From Eledone cirrhosa (Eukaryota): a stretch of DNA of 64,000 nucleotides. Below, one piece after another: positions 10,088-22,200 of this stretch (the stretch's first letter is position 1; each line of letters begins with the position of its first letter). A model generated the notes under the pieces. It saw only the letters and a program-made list of their open reading frames with translations. It was not told the origin of the DNA and ran no database searches. The position numbers were made by a program, and so were the translations under genes. The stretch is from contig OZ024744.1 of the NCBI GenBank assembly GCA_964016885.1, positions 124,558,001 through 124,622,000 on the forward strand, in the 5' to 3' direction.

Positions 10088-13000
10088 CTTTGGGTTTGGT
10101 TTTAAGTCTAAGTCTAAGGCTTAGGTTTGAGGTTTAAGTCTAATTCTAAGTCTTGAGGTTGGGGTTTAAGTCGAAGCCTGAGAATTGTGGTTGGGGTTTA
10201 TGTCTAAGTTTAAGGCTTGGGGTTGGGTTGTAAGTCGAAGTCTAAGGTTTGTGGTTCGGATTTATGTCTAAGTCAAAGGCTTGGGATTCGGGTTAACGTC
10301 TAAGTCTAAGGCTTTGGGTTTGGGTTTAATTCTAATTCTAAGACTTGGTGTTGGGGTTTAAGTCTAAGTCTAAGGCTTGTGGTTGGGGTTTATGTCTAAA
10401 TCTAAGTCTTTGGGTTGAGGTTTAAGGCTAAGGCTTGTGACTGGGTTGAAGTCTAAGTGTAAGGCATTGGGTTTGGCTTGAAGTCTAAGTCTAAGGCTTG
10501 GGGTTGAGGTTTAAGTCTAAGGCTTGGGTTTATGGTTTAAGGCTTGGAGTTTATGTCTAATCTAAGGCTTTGGGTTCGGGTTTAAGTCTAAGTCTGAGGC
10601 TTGGGTTTGAGGTTTCAGTCTAAGTCTAAGTATTGGGGTTAAGGTTTAAATCTAAGGCTTGGGCTTGTGGTTTAAGTCTTAGTCTAATGCTTGGGGTTCG
10701 GGTTTAAGTTCAAGTCTAATGCTAGGAGTTGGGGTTCATGTCAAAGTCTAAGGCTTGGGGTTGGGATTTAAGTCTAAGTCTAAGACTTGTGGTTGGGTGT
10801 ATGTCTAAGTCCAAGGCATTGTGTTAGGGTTTAAAACTAAGTTTAAGGCTTAGGGTTGGGGTTCAAATCTAACGCTAAGGCTTGGGTTTATGTTTAAATC
10901 TAAGGCTTGGGCTTAGGTTTTAAGTCTAAGTCTAAAACTTGGGGTTGGGTTTTAAGTCCAAGACTAAGGCTTTGGGTTTGGCTTTAAGTCTAAATCTAAG
11001 GCTTGGGCTTGGGGTATAAGTCCAAGTCTAAGACTTTGGGTTTGGGTTTAAGTCTAAGTCTAAGGCTTGGGGCTGGGGTTTAAGTCCAAGTCTAAGACTT
11101 GTGGTTCGGGGTTAAGTCTATGTCTAAGCCTTGTGGTTGAGGTTTAATTCTAAGTCTAAGGCTTGGGGTTGGGATTTAAGTCCAAGTCTAAGGCTTTGGG
11201 TTTGGGTTTAAGTCTAATTCTAAGGCTTTAGGTTGAGGTTTAAGTCAAAGTCTAAGGCTTAGGTTTGAGGTTTAAGTCTAATTCTAAGGTTTGTGGTTGG
11301 GGTTTAAGTCGAAGCCTAAGAATTGTCGTTGGGGTTTAAGTCTAAGTTTAGGGCTTCGTGTTGGGATTTAAGTGGAATTTTAAGGCTGGTGGTTCGGGTT
11401 TAAGTCTAAGTCAAAGGCTTGGGTTGGGGTTTAAGTCTAAGTTTTGGGGTTAGGGTTTAAATCTAAGGCTTGGGTTGGGGTTTACGTCTAAGTCTAATTA
11501 TTGTGGTTGGGGTTTATGTCTAAGTCTATGGCTTGGGGTTGGGGTTTAAATCCAAGTCTAAGGCTTTGGATTTGGGTTTAAGTCTAAACCTAAGGCTTGG
11601 GGTTGGGGTTTAAGTCTAAGTCGAAGGCTTTGTGTTGATGTTTAAGTTTGAGTCTAAGGCTTGGGGTTGGTGTTTAAGTCTAAATCTAAGGCTTGTGGTT
11701 GGGATTTACATCTAAGTCTAAAGCTCGGGGTTGGGCTTTCAAGCTAAGGCTTGGAGTTGGTGTTTAAGTCTAAGATTAAGGCTTGGGTTTGGGTTTCAGT
11801 CTAGGCCTAAGTCTTGTGGTTGGAGTTTAAGAGTAAGTGTAAGTCATGGGGTTGGGGTTTAAGTCTAAGTCTAAGGATTTGGGTTAAGGTTTAAATCTAA
11901 GGTGTAAATCTAAGGTGTAAATCTAAGTCTAATGCTTGGGGTTGGGGTTTAGGTTTAAGTCTAAGACTTGGGGTTGGGGTCTAAATCTAAGTCTAAGGCT
12001 TTGGGTTTGGGTTTAAGTCTAAGTATAAGGCTTGGGGTTGAGGTTCAAATCTAAGTCTAAGGCTTGGGGTTGGTGTGTAAATCTAAGTCTAAGGCTTGGG
12101 GTTGGGGTTTAAGTCTAATTCTAAGGCTTTAGGTTGAGGTTTAAGTCTAAGTCCAAGGCTTAGGTTTGAGGTTTAAGTCTAATTCTAATGCTTGTGGTTG
12201 GGGTTTAAGTCGAAGGCTAAGAATTGCGGTTGGGGTTTAAGTCTAAGTTTAGGGCTTGGGGTTGGGATTTAAGTGGAAGTTTAAGGCTTGTCGTTCGGGT
12301 TTAAGTCTAAGTCAAAGGCTTGGGATTCAGGTTAACGTCTAAGTCAAAAGGCTTGGTGTTAGGGTTGAAGTCTAAGTCTAATGCTTGTGGTTGGTGTTTA
12401 TGTATAAGTATAAGGCTTGGGTTTGGGTTTAAATCCAAGTCTAAGTCTTTGGGTTTGAGTTTAAGTCTAAACCTAAGGCTTGGGGTTGGGGTTTAAGTCC
12501 AAGTCTAGACTTTGGGTTTGGGTTTAAGTCTAAGTCTAAGGCTTGGGATTGGGGTGTAAGTCTAAGTCCAAGTTTTTGGCTTGAGGTTTAAGTCTAAGTC
12601 TAAGTCTTGTGGTTGGGGTTTATGTCTAAGCCTAAGGCTTGGCGTTGGGGTTTAAATCTAAGACTCGTGGTTCGGGGTTAAGTCTATGTCTAAGCCTTGT
12701 CGTTGGGGTTTAAGTCTAAGTCTAAGGCTTGGGGTTGGGATTTAAATGTAAGTCTAATGCTTGCGGTCGGGATGTAAGGTTAAGTCTAAGGCTAGGAGTT
12801 GTGGCTCATGTCTAAGTCTAAGGCTTGGGGTTGGGGTTCAAGTCTAAATCTAAGGCTTGTTGTTGGGCTTTATGTCTAATTCTAAGGTTTGGGTTTAGGG
12901 TTTAAATCTAAGTCTAAGGCTTGGAGTTGGGGTTTAAGTCTAAGTCGGAGGCATTGGGTTGGGTTTAAGTCTAAGTCTAAGGCTTTGGTTTGGGATTTAA

Positions 13001-16000
13001 TTCGAAGTCTAAGACTTGGGGATGAGGTTTAAGTCTAAGTCTTGGGGTTAGGGATTAAATCTAAAGCTTGGTGTTGGGGTTTAAGTCTAAGTATAAGGCT
13101 TTGGGTTGAGGTTTAAATCTAAGTCTAAGGCTTAGGGTTGGTGTGTAAATCTAAGTCTAATGCTTGGGGTTGGGGTTTAGGTCTAAGTCTTGGGGTTAGT
13201 ATTTAAATCCAAGGCTTGGTGTTGGGATATCATTCTAAGTCTAATGTTTGTGGTTGGGGTTTATATCTAAGTCTAAGGCTTGTATTTGGGATTTAAGTCT
13301 AAATCTAAGGTTTGTGGTTGGGGTTTAAGTCCAAGTCTAAATCTTTGGATTTGGGTTTAAGTCTAATTCTAAGGCTTTAGATTGAGGTTTATGTCAAAGC
13401 CTAAGGCTTATGTTTGAGGTTTAAGTCTAATTCTAAGGTTTGTGGTTGGGGTTTAAGTCGAAGCCTAATAATTGTCGTTGGGGTTTAAGTCTAAGTTTAG
13501 GGCTTCGGGTTGGGATTTAAGTGGAAGTTTAAGGCTTGTGGTTCGGGTTTAAGTGTAAGTCAAAGGTTTGGGTTGGGGTTTAAGTCTAAGTTTTGGGGTT
13601 AGGGTTTTTACATCTAAGGCTTGGGTTGGGGTTTAAGTCTAAGTCTAATGTTTGTGGTTGGGGTTTATGTCTAAGTCTAGGGCTTGGGGTTGGGGTTTAA
13701 ATCCACGTCTAAGGCTTTGGATTTGGGTTTAAGTCTAAACCTAAGGCTTGGGGTTGGGGTTTAAGTCTAAGTCGAAGGCTTTGTGTTGAAGTTTAAGTCT
13801 GAGTCTAAGGCTTGTGGTTGGGGTTTATGTCTAAGACTAAGGCATGGGGTTGGGATTTAAATGTAAGTCTAATGCTTGCGGTCGGGATGTAATGTTAAGT
13901 CTAAGGCTAGGAGTTGGGGCTCATGTCTAAGTCTAAGGCTTGGGGTTGGGGTTCAAGTCTAAATCTAAGGCTTGGCGTTGGGGTTTAAGTCTAAGTCTAA
14001 GGCTTTTTGTTGGGCTTTATGTCTAATTCTAAGGCTTGGGTTTAGGGTTTAAATCTAAGTCTAAGGCTTGGAGTTGGGGTTTAAGTCTAAGTCGGAGGCA
14101 TTGGGGTTGGGTTTAAGTTTAAGACTAAGGCTTTGGTTTGGGATTTAATTCGAAGTCTAAGACTTGGGGATGGGGTTTAAGTCTAAGTCTTGGGGTTAGG
14201 GATTAAATCTAAAGCTTGGTGTTGGGGTTTAAGTCTAAATATAAGGCTTTGGGTTGAGGTTGACATCTAAGTCTAAGGCTTAGGGTTGGTGTGTAAATCT
14301 AAGTCTAAGGCTTGGGGTTGGGGTTTAGGTCTAAGTCTTGGGGTTAGTATTTAAATCTAAGGCTTGGTGTTGGGATATCATTCTAAGTCTAATGCTTGTG
14401 GTTGGGGTTTATATCTAAGTCTAAGGCTTGGATTTGGGATTTAATTCTAAATCTAACGCTTGGGGTTGGGGTTTAAGTCCAAGTCTAAGGCTTTGGGTTT
14501 GGGTTTAAGTCTAATTCTAAGGCTTTAGGTTGTGGTTTAAGTCAAAGTCTAAGGCTTAGGTTTGAGGTTTAAGTCTAATTCTAAGGTTTGTGGTTGGGGT
14601 TTAAGTCGAAGCCTAAGAATTGTCGTTGGGGTTTAAGTCTAAGTTTAGGGCTTCGTGTTGGAATTTAAGTGGAATTTTAAGGCTTGTGGTTCGGGTTTAA
14701 GTCTAAGTCAAAGGCTTGGGTTGGGGTTTAAGTCTAAGTTTTGGGGTTAGGGTTTAAATCTAAGGCTCGGGTTGGGGTTTAAGTCTAAGTCTAATTATTG
14801 TGGTTGGGGTTTGTGTCTAAGTCTAGGGCTTGGGGTTGGGGTTTAAATCCAAATCTAAGGCTTTGGATTTGGGTTTAAGTCTAAACCTAAGGCTTGGGGT
14901 TGGGGTTTAAGTCTAAGTCGAAGGCTTTGTGTTGAAGTTTAAGTCTGAGTCTAAGGCTTGTGGTTGGGGTTTATGTCTAAGACTAAGGCTTGGGGTTGGT
15001 GTTTTAGTCTAAATCTAAGGCTTGTGGTTGGGATTTACATCTAAGTCTAAAGCTTGGGGTTGGGGTTTCTAGCTAAGGCTTGGAGTTGGGGTTTAAGTCT
15101 AAGATTAAGGCTTGGGTTTGGGTTTCAGTGTAGGCCTAAGTCTTGTGGTTGGAGTTTAAGAGTAAGTGTAAAGCATGGGGTTGGGGTTTAAGTCTAAGTC
15201 TAAGGATTTGGGTTAAGGTTTAAATCTAAGTCTAAGACTTGGGGTTGGGGTCTAAATCTAAGTCTAAGGCTTGGGGTTTGGGTTTAAGTCTAAATCTAAG
15301 GCTTTGGGTTTGGGTTGAAGTCTAAGACTAAGGCTTTATGTTGAGGTTTAAGTCTAAGTCTAAGGCTTTGGTTTGAATTTTAAGTCTAAATCTAAGGCTT
15401 TGGGTTTGGGTTTAAGTCGAAGCCTAAGACTTGTAGTTGGGGTTTAAGTCTAAGTTTAAGGCTTGGGGTTTTCATTTAAGTTTAAATCTAAGGCTTGTGG
15501 TTCGGGTTTATGTCTAAGTCAAAGTCTTGGGATTCGGGTTAACGTCTAAGTCTAAGGCTTGGGGTCGGGGTTTAAGTCTAAGTCTAAGGCTTGTGATTGG
15601 GGTTTATGTCTAAATCTAAGTTTTCGGGTTAGAGGTTTAAATCTAAGCCTAAGGTTTGGAATTGGTGTTTAGTCCAAGTCTAAGGCTTTGGGTTTGGGTT
15701 TAAGTCTAAATCTAAGGCTTGAGGTTGGGGTTTAAGTCTAACGCTTGTGGTTCGGAGTTAAGTCTATGTCTAAGCCTTGCAGTTGGGGTTTAAATCTAAG
15801 TATATAGCTTGTGGTTGGGGTTTAAGTTTGAGTCTAATGCTAGTCGTTGTGGTTCGTGTCTAAGTCAAATGCTTGTGGTTGGGGTTTAAGTCTAAATCTA
15901 AGGTTTGGTGTTGGGGTTTAAATCTAAGGCTTGGGGTTAGGGTATAAGTCTAATGCTTGTGGTTGTGTTTTATGTCTAAGTCTAAGGCTTTGGGTTCAGG

Positions 16001-16314
16001 TTTAAGTCTAAGTCTAAGGCTTGGATTTGGATTTAAGTCTAAGTCTAAGTCTTGGGGTTAGGATTTAAAACTAAGGCTTGGGTTGGGGTTTAAGTCTAAG
16101 TCTAATGCTTGGGGTTGGGTTTCATGACTACGTCTAAGGCTTGGGGTTGGGGTTTAAGTCCAAGTCTAAGGATTTGGGATTGAGTTTAAGTCTAAGTCTA
16201 AGGCTTGGGGTTGGTGTTTAAGTCTAAGTCTAAGACTTGTGGTTGGGTTGTATGTCTAAAGTTGGGTTGTAACGCATGGTATTGTTTTAAGTTAAGTCTA
16301 AATCTAGTCTAGGA

Positions 16315-16362
16315 TTAGGGTTAGGGTTAGGGTTAGCGTTAGGGTTAGGGTTAGGGTTAGGG
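16315..16362 (+). repeat. Interstitial telomeric tract (TTAGGG)3 TTAGCG (TTAGGG)4
   Basis: Read directly; leader at 16269. Confidence 0.95.
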
Positions 16363-17155
16363 TTGGGGTTTAAGTCCAAGTCTAAGGCTTTGGGTTTGGA
16401 TTTAAGTCTAAGTCTAAGGCTTGGGGTTGGGGTTTAAGTCTAAATCTAAGGCTTTGTGTTGAGGTTTAAATCTAAGTCTAAGGCTTGGGTTTGAGGTTTA
16501 AGTATAAGTCTAAAGCTTGATTTGGGGTTTAAGTCTAAGTCTTGGGGTTAGGGTTTAAATCTAAGTACTGGTGTTGGGGTTTAAGTCTAAGACTAAGGCT
16601 TGGGTTTGGGTTTCAGTCTAAATCTAAGGCTCGCTGTTGGGGTTTAAATCTAAGTCTAAGGCTTTGGGTTGAGGTTTAAGTCTAAGTCTTGTGGTTGGGG
16701 TTTATGTCTAAGCCTAAGGCTTGGGGTTGGGGTTTAAGTCTAAGTCTAAGGCTTATGGTCGGGGTGTAAGGTTAAGACTAAGGCTAGGAGTTGGGGCTCA
16801 TGTCTAAGTCTAAGGCTTATGGTTGGGGTTCAAGTCTAAATCTAAGGCTTGGCTGTGGGGTTTAAGTCTAAGTCAAAGGCCTGTTGTTGTGCTTTATATC
16901 TAAGTCTAAGGCTTGGAGTTGGGGTTTAAGTGTAAGTCTAAGGCTTGGGGTTGGGATTTAATTCGAAGTCTAAGACTTGGGGTTGGTGTCTAAATCTAAG
17001 TCTAAGGCTTGGGGTTAGTGTTTAAATCTAAGGCTTGGTGTTGGGGTTTAATTCTAAGTCTAATGCTTGTGGTTGGGGTTTATATCTAAGTCTAAGACTT
17101 GGAGTTGGGGTTTAAGTCTAAATCTAAGGCTTGGGGTTGGGGTTTATGTCCAAGT

Positions 17156-17224
17156 CTTCAGAAGAGTGACGAAACCCTTATGTTGGCCGACCATTGCTCT
17201 TGCGTCGTCCTTGCACATAATACA
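17156..17224 (-). mobile_element. Degenerate hAT transposase fragment, copy 2
   Basis: Same sequence as 9865-9933 (offset 7291). Confidence 0.65.
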
Positions 17225-17225
17225 A

Positions 17226-17378
17226 TGTGTGTTGTATTTGGTCCTAGATGTATGTATTACCTGCCTGTGTGTTGTAGGTAGTCCTAGATGTATGTGTATT
17301 ACCTTCTTATATATTGCATGTGGTCCCAGCTGTATGTATTACCTGCTTGTGTGTTGTATGTGGTCCTAGATGTGTGTA
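17226..17378. repeat. 40-bp minisatellite fragment, copy 2
   Basis: Same sequence as 9935-10087. Confidence 0.9.
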
Positions 17379-19214
17379 CTTTGGGTTTGGTTTTAAGTCT
17401 AAGTCTAAGGCTTAGGTTTGAGGTTTAAGTCTAATTCTAAGTCTTGAGGTTGGGGTTTAAGTCGAAGCCTGAGAATTGTGGTTGGGGTTTATGTCTAAGT
17501 TTAAGGCTTGGGGTTGGGTTGTAAGTCGAAGTCTAAGGTTTGTGGTTCGGATTTATGTCTAAGTCAAAGGCTTGGGATTCGGGTTAACGTCTAAGTCTAA
17601 GGCTTTGGGTTTGGGTTTAATTCTAATTCTAAGACTTGGTGTTGGGGTTTAAGTCTAAGTCTAAGGCTTGTGGTTGGGGTTTATGTCTAAATCTAAGTCT
17701 TTGGGTTGAGGTTTAAGGCTAAGGCTTGTGACTGGGTTGAAGTCTAAGTGTAAGGCATTGGGTTTGGCTTGAAGTCTAAGTCTAAGGCTTGGGGTTGAGG
17801 TTTAAGTCTAAGGCTTGGGTTTATGGTTTAAGGCTTGGAGTTGGTGTTTAAGGCTAATTCTCAAGCTTGGGGTTGGGGTTTAAGTCCAAGTCTAAGGCTC
17901 TGGGATTGGTTTTAAGTCTAAATCTAAGACTTGTGGTTCGGGTTTATGTCTAAGTCTAAGCCTTGGGGTTCGGGTTTAAGTTAAAGTCTAATGCTAGGAG
18001 TTGGGGTTCAAGTCTAAGTCTAAGGCTTGGGGTTGGGATTTAAATCTAAGTTTAATGCTTGTGGTTGTGGTTTATGTCTAATCTAAGGCTTTGGGTTCGG
18101 GTTTAAGTCTAAGTCTGAGGCTTGGGTTTGAGGTTTCAGTCTAAGTCTAAGTATTGGGGTTAAGGTTTAAATCTAAGGCTTGGGCTTGTGGTTTAAGTCT
18201 TAGTCTAATGCTTGGGGTTCGGGTTTAAGTTCAAGTCTAATGCTAGGAGTTGGGGTTCATGTCAAAGTCTAAGGCTTGGGGTTGGGATTTAAGTCTAAGT
18301 CTAAGACTTGTGGTTGGGGTGTATGTCTAAGTCCAAGGCATTGTGTTAGGGTTTAAAACTAAGTTTAAGGCTTAGGGTTGGGGTTCAAATCTAACGCTAA
18401 GGCTTGGGTTTATGTTTAAATCTAAGGCTTGGGCTTAGGTTTTAAGTCTAAGTCTAAAACTTGGGGTTGGGTTTTAAGTCCAAGACTAAGGCTTTGGGTT
18501 TGGCTTTAAGTCTAAATCTAAGGCTTGGGCTTGGGGTATAAGTCCAAGTCTAAGACTTTGGGTTTGGGTTTAAGTCTAAGTCTAAGGCTTGGGGCTGGGG
18601 TTTAAGTCCAAGTCTAAGACTTGTGGTTCGGGGTTAAGTCTATGTCTAAGCCTTGTGGTTGAGGTTTAATTCTAAGTCTAAGGCTTGGGGTTGGGATTTA
18701 AGTCCAAGTCTAAGGCTTTGGGTTTGGGTTTAAGTCTAATTCTAAGGCTTTAGGTTGAGGTTTAAGTCAAAGTCTAAGGCTTAGGTTTGAGGTTTAAGTC
18801 TAATTCTAAGGTTTGTGGTTGGGGTTTAAGTCGAAGCCTAAGAATTGTCGTTGGGGTTTAAGTCTAAGTTTAGGGCTTCGTGTTGGGATTTAAGTGGAAT
18901 TTTAAGGCTGGTGGTTCGGGTTTAAGTCTAAGTCAAAGGCTTGGGTTGGGGTTTAAGTCTAAGTTTTGGGGTTAGGGTTTAAATCTAAGGCTTGGGTTGG
19001 GGTTTACGTCTAAGTCTAATTATTGTGGTTGGGGTTTATGTCTAAGTCTATGGCTTGGGGTTGGGGTTTAAATCCAAGTCTAAGGCTTTGGATTTGGGTT
19101 TAAGTCTAAACCTAAGGCTTGGGGTTGGGGTTTAAGTCTAAGTCGAAGGCTTTGTGTTGATGTTTAAGTTTGAGTCTAAGGCTTGGGGTTGGTGTTTAAG
19201 TCTAAATCTAAGGC

Positions 19215-22200
19215 TTGTGGTTGGGATTTACATCTAAGTCTAAAGCTCGGGGTTGGGCTTTCAAGCTAAGGCTTGGAGTTGGTGTTTAAGTCTAAGATTA
19301 AGGCTTGGGTTTGGGTTTCAGTCTAGGCCTAAGTCTTGTGGTTGGAGTTTAAGAGTAAGTGTAAGTCATGGGGTTGGGGTTTAAGTCTAAGTCTAAGGAT
19401 TTGGGTTAAGGTTTAAATCTAAGGTGTAAATCTAAGGTGTAAATCTAAGTCTAATGCTTGGGGTTGGGGTTTAGGTTTAAGTCTAAGACTTGGGGTTGGG
19501 GTCTAAATCTAAGTCTAAGGCTTTGGGTTTGGGTTTAAGTCTAAGTATAAGGCTTGGGGTTGAGGTTCAAATCTAAGTCTAAGGCTTGGGGTTGGTGTGT
19601 AAATCTAAGTCTAAGGCTTGGGGTTGGGGTTTAAGTCTAATTCTAAGGCTTTAGGTTGAGGTTTAAGTCTAAGTCCAAGGCTTAGGTTTGAGGTTTAAGT
19701 CTAATTCTAATGCTTGTGGTTGGGGTTTAAGTCGAAGGCTAAGAATTGCGGTTGGGGTTTAAGTCTAAGTTTAGGGCTTGGGGTTGGGATTTAAGTGGAA
19801 GTTTAAGGCTTGTCGTTCGGGTTTAAGTCTAAGTCAAAGGCTTGGGATTCAGGTTAACGTCTAAGTCAAAAGGCTTGGTGTTAGGGTTGAAGTCTAAGTC
19901 TAATGCTTGTGGTTGGTGTTTATGTCTAAGTATAAGGCTTGGGGGCGGTTTAAATCCAAGTCTAAGGCTTTGGGTTTGAGTTTAAGTCTAAACCTAAGGC
20001 TTGGGGTTGGGGTTTAAGTCCAAGTCTAGACTTTGGGTTTGGGTTTAAGTCTAAGTCTAAGGCTTGGGATTGGGGTGTAAGTCTAAGTCCAAGTTTTTGA
20101 CTTGAGGTTTAAGTCTAAGTCTAAGTCTTGTGGTTGGGGTTTATGTCTAAGCCTAAGGCTTGGCGTTGGGGTTTAAATCTAAGACTCGTGGTTCGGGGTT
20201 AAGTCTATGTCTAAGCCTTGTCGTTGGGGTTTAAGTCTAAGTCTAAGGCTTGGGGTTGGGATTTAAATGTAAGTCTAATGCTTGCGGTCGGGATGTAAGG
20301 TTAAGTCTAAGGCTAGGAGTTGTGGCTCATGTCTAAGTCTAAGGCTTGGGGTTGGGGTTCAAGTCTAAATCTAAGGCTTGTTGTTGGGCTTTATGTCTAA
20401 TTCTAAGGTTTGGGTTTAGGGTTTAAATCTAAGTCTAAGGCTTGGAGTTGGGGTTTAAGTCTAAGTCGGAGGCATTGGGGTTGGGTTTAAGTCTAAGTCT
20501 AAGGCTTTGGTTTGGGATTTAATTCGAAGTCTAAGACTTGGGGATGAGGTTTAAGTCTAAGTCTTGGGGTTAGGGATTAAATCTAAAGCTTGGTGTTGGG
20601 GTTTAAGTCTAAGTATAAGGCTTTGGGTTGAGGTTTAAATCTAAGTCTAAGGCTTAGGGTTGGTGTGTAAATCTAAGTCTAATGCTTGGGGTTGGGGTTT
20701 AGGTCTAAGTCTTGGGGTTAGTATTTAAATCTAAGGCTTGGTGTTGGGATATCATTCTAAGTCTAATGCTTGTGGTTGGGGTTTATATCTAAGTCTAAGG
20801 CTTGTATTTGGGATTTAAGTCTAAATCTAAGGCTTGTGGTTGGGGTTTAAGTCCAAGTCTAAATCTTTGGATTTGGGTTTAAGTCTAATTCTAAGGCTTT
20901 AGATTGAGGTTTATGTCAAAGCCTAAGGCTTATGTTTGAGGTTTAAGTCTAATTCTAAGGTTTGTGGTTGGGGTTTAAGTCGAAGCCTAATAATTGTCGT
21001 TGGGGTTTAAGTCTAAGTTTAGGGCTTCGGGTTGGGATTTAAGTGGAAGTTTAAGGCTTGTGGTTCGGGTTTAAGTGTAAGTCAAAGGTTTGGGTTGGGG
21101 TTTAAGTCTAAGTCTAATGTTTGTGGTTGGGGTTTATGTCTAAGTCTAGGGCTTGGGGTTGGGGTTTAAATCCACGTCTAAGGCTTTGGATTTGGGTTTA
21201 AGTCTAAACCAAAGGCTTGGGGTTGGGGTTTAAGTCTAAGTCGAAGGCTTTGTGTTGAAGTTTAAGTCTGAGTCTAAGGCTTGTGGTTGGGGTTTATGTC
21301 TAAGACTAAGGCATGGGGTTGGGATTTAAATGTAAGTCTAATGCTTGCGGTCGGGATGTAATGTTAAGTCTAAGGCTAGGAGTTGGGGCTCATGTCTAAG
21401 TCTAAGGCTTGGGGTTGGGGTTCAAGTCTAAATCTAAGGCTTGGCGTTGGGGTTTAAGTCTAAGTCTAAGGCTTTTTGTTGGGCTTTATGTCTAATTCTA
21501 AGGCTTGGGTTTAGGGTTTAAATCTAAGTCTAAGGCTTGGAGTTGGGGTTTAAGTCTAAGTCGGAGGCATTGGGGTTGGGTTTAAGTTTAAGACTAAGGC
21601 TTTGGTTTGGGATTTAATTCGAAGTCTAAGACTTGGGGATGGGGTTTAAGTCTAAGTCTTGGGGTTAGGGATTAAATCTAAAGCTTGGTGTTGGGGTTTA
21701 AGTCTAAATATAAGGCTTTGGGTTGAGGTTGACATCTAAGTCTAAGGCTTAGGGTTGGTGTGTAAATCTAAGTCTAAGGCTTGGGGTTGGGGTTTAGGTC
21801 TAAGTCTTGGGGTTAGTATTTAAATCTAAGGCTTGGTGTTGGGATATCATTCTAAGTCTAATGCTTGTGGTTGGGGTTTATATCTAAGTCTAAGGCTTGG
21901 ATTTGGGATTTAATTCTAAATCTAACGCTTGGGGTTGGGGTTTAAGTCCAAGTCTAAGGCTTTGGGTTTGGGTTTAAGTCTAATTCTAAGGCTTTAGGTT
22001 GTGGTTTAAGTCAAAGTCTAAGGCTTAGGTTTGAGGTTTAAGTCTAATTCTAAGGTTTGTGGTTGGGATTTACATCTAAGTCTAAAGCTCGGGGTTGGGC
22101 TTTCAAGCTAAGGCTTGGAGTTGGTGTTTAAGTCTAAGATTAAGGCTTGGGTTTGGGTTTCAGTCTAGGCCTAAGTCTTGTGGTTGGAGTTTAAGAGTAA

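Noticed and set aside
11885-11923. 13-bp triplication TAAGGT(T/G)TAAATC (also near 19407, 22249 and 30989)
   Set aside because: It is a local slippage product copied with the higher-order unit. It is useful as a landmark, but there is no evidence of separate significance.
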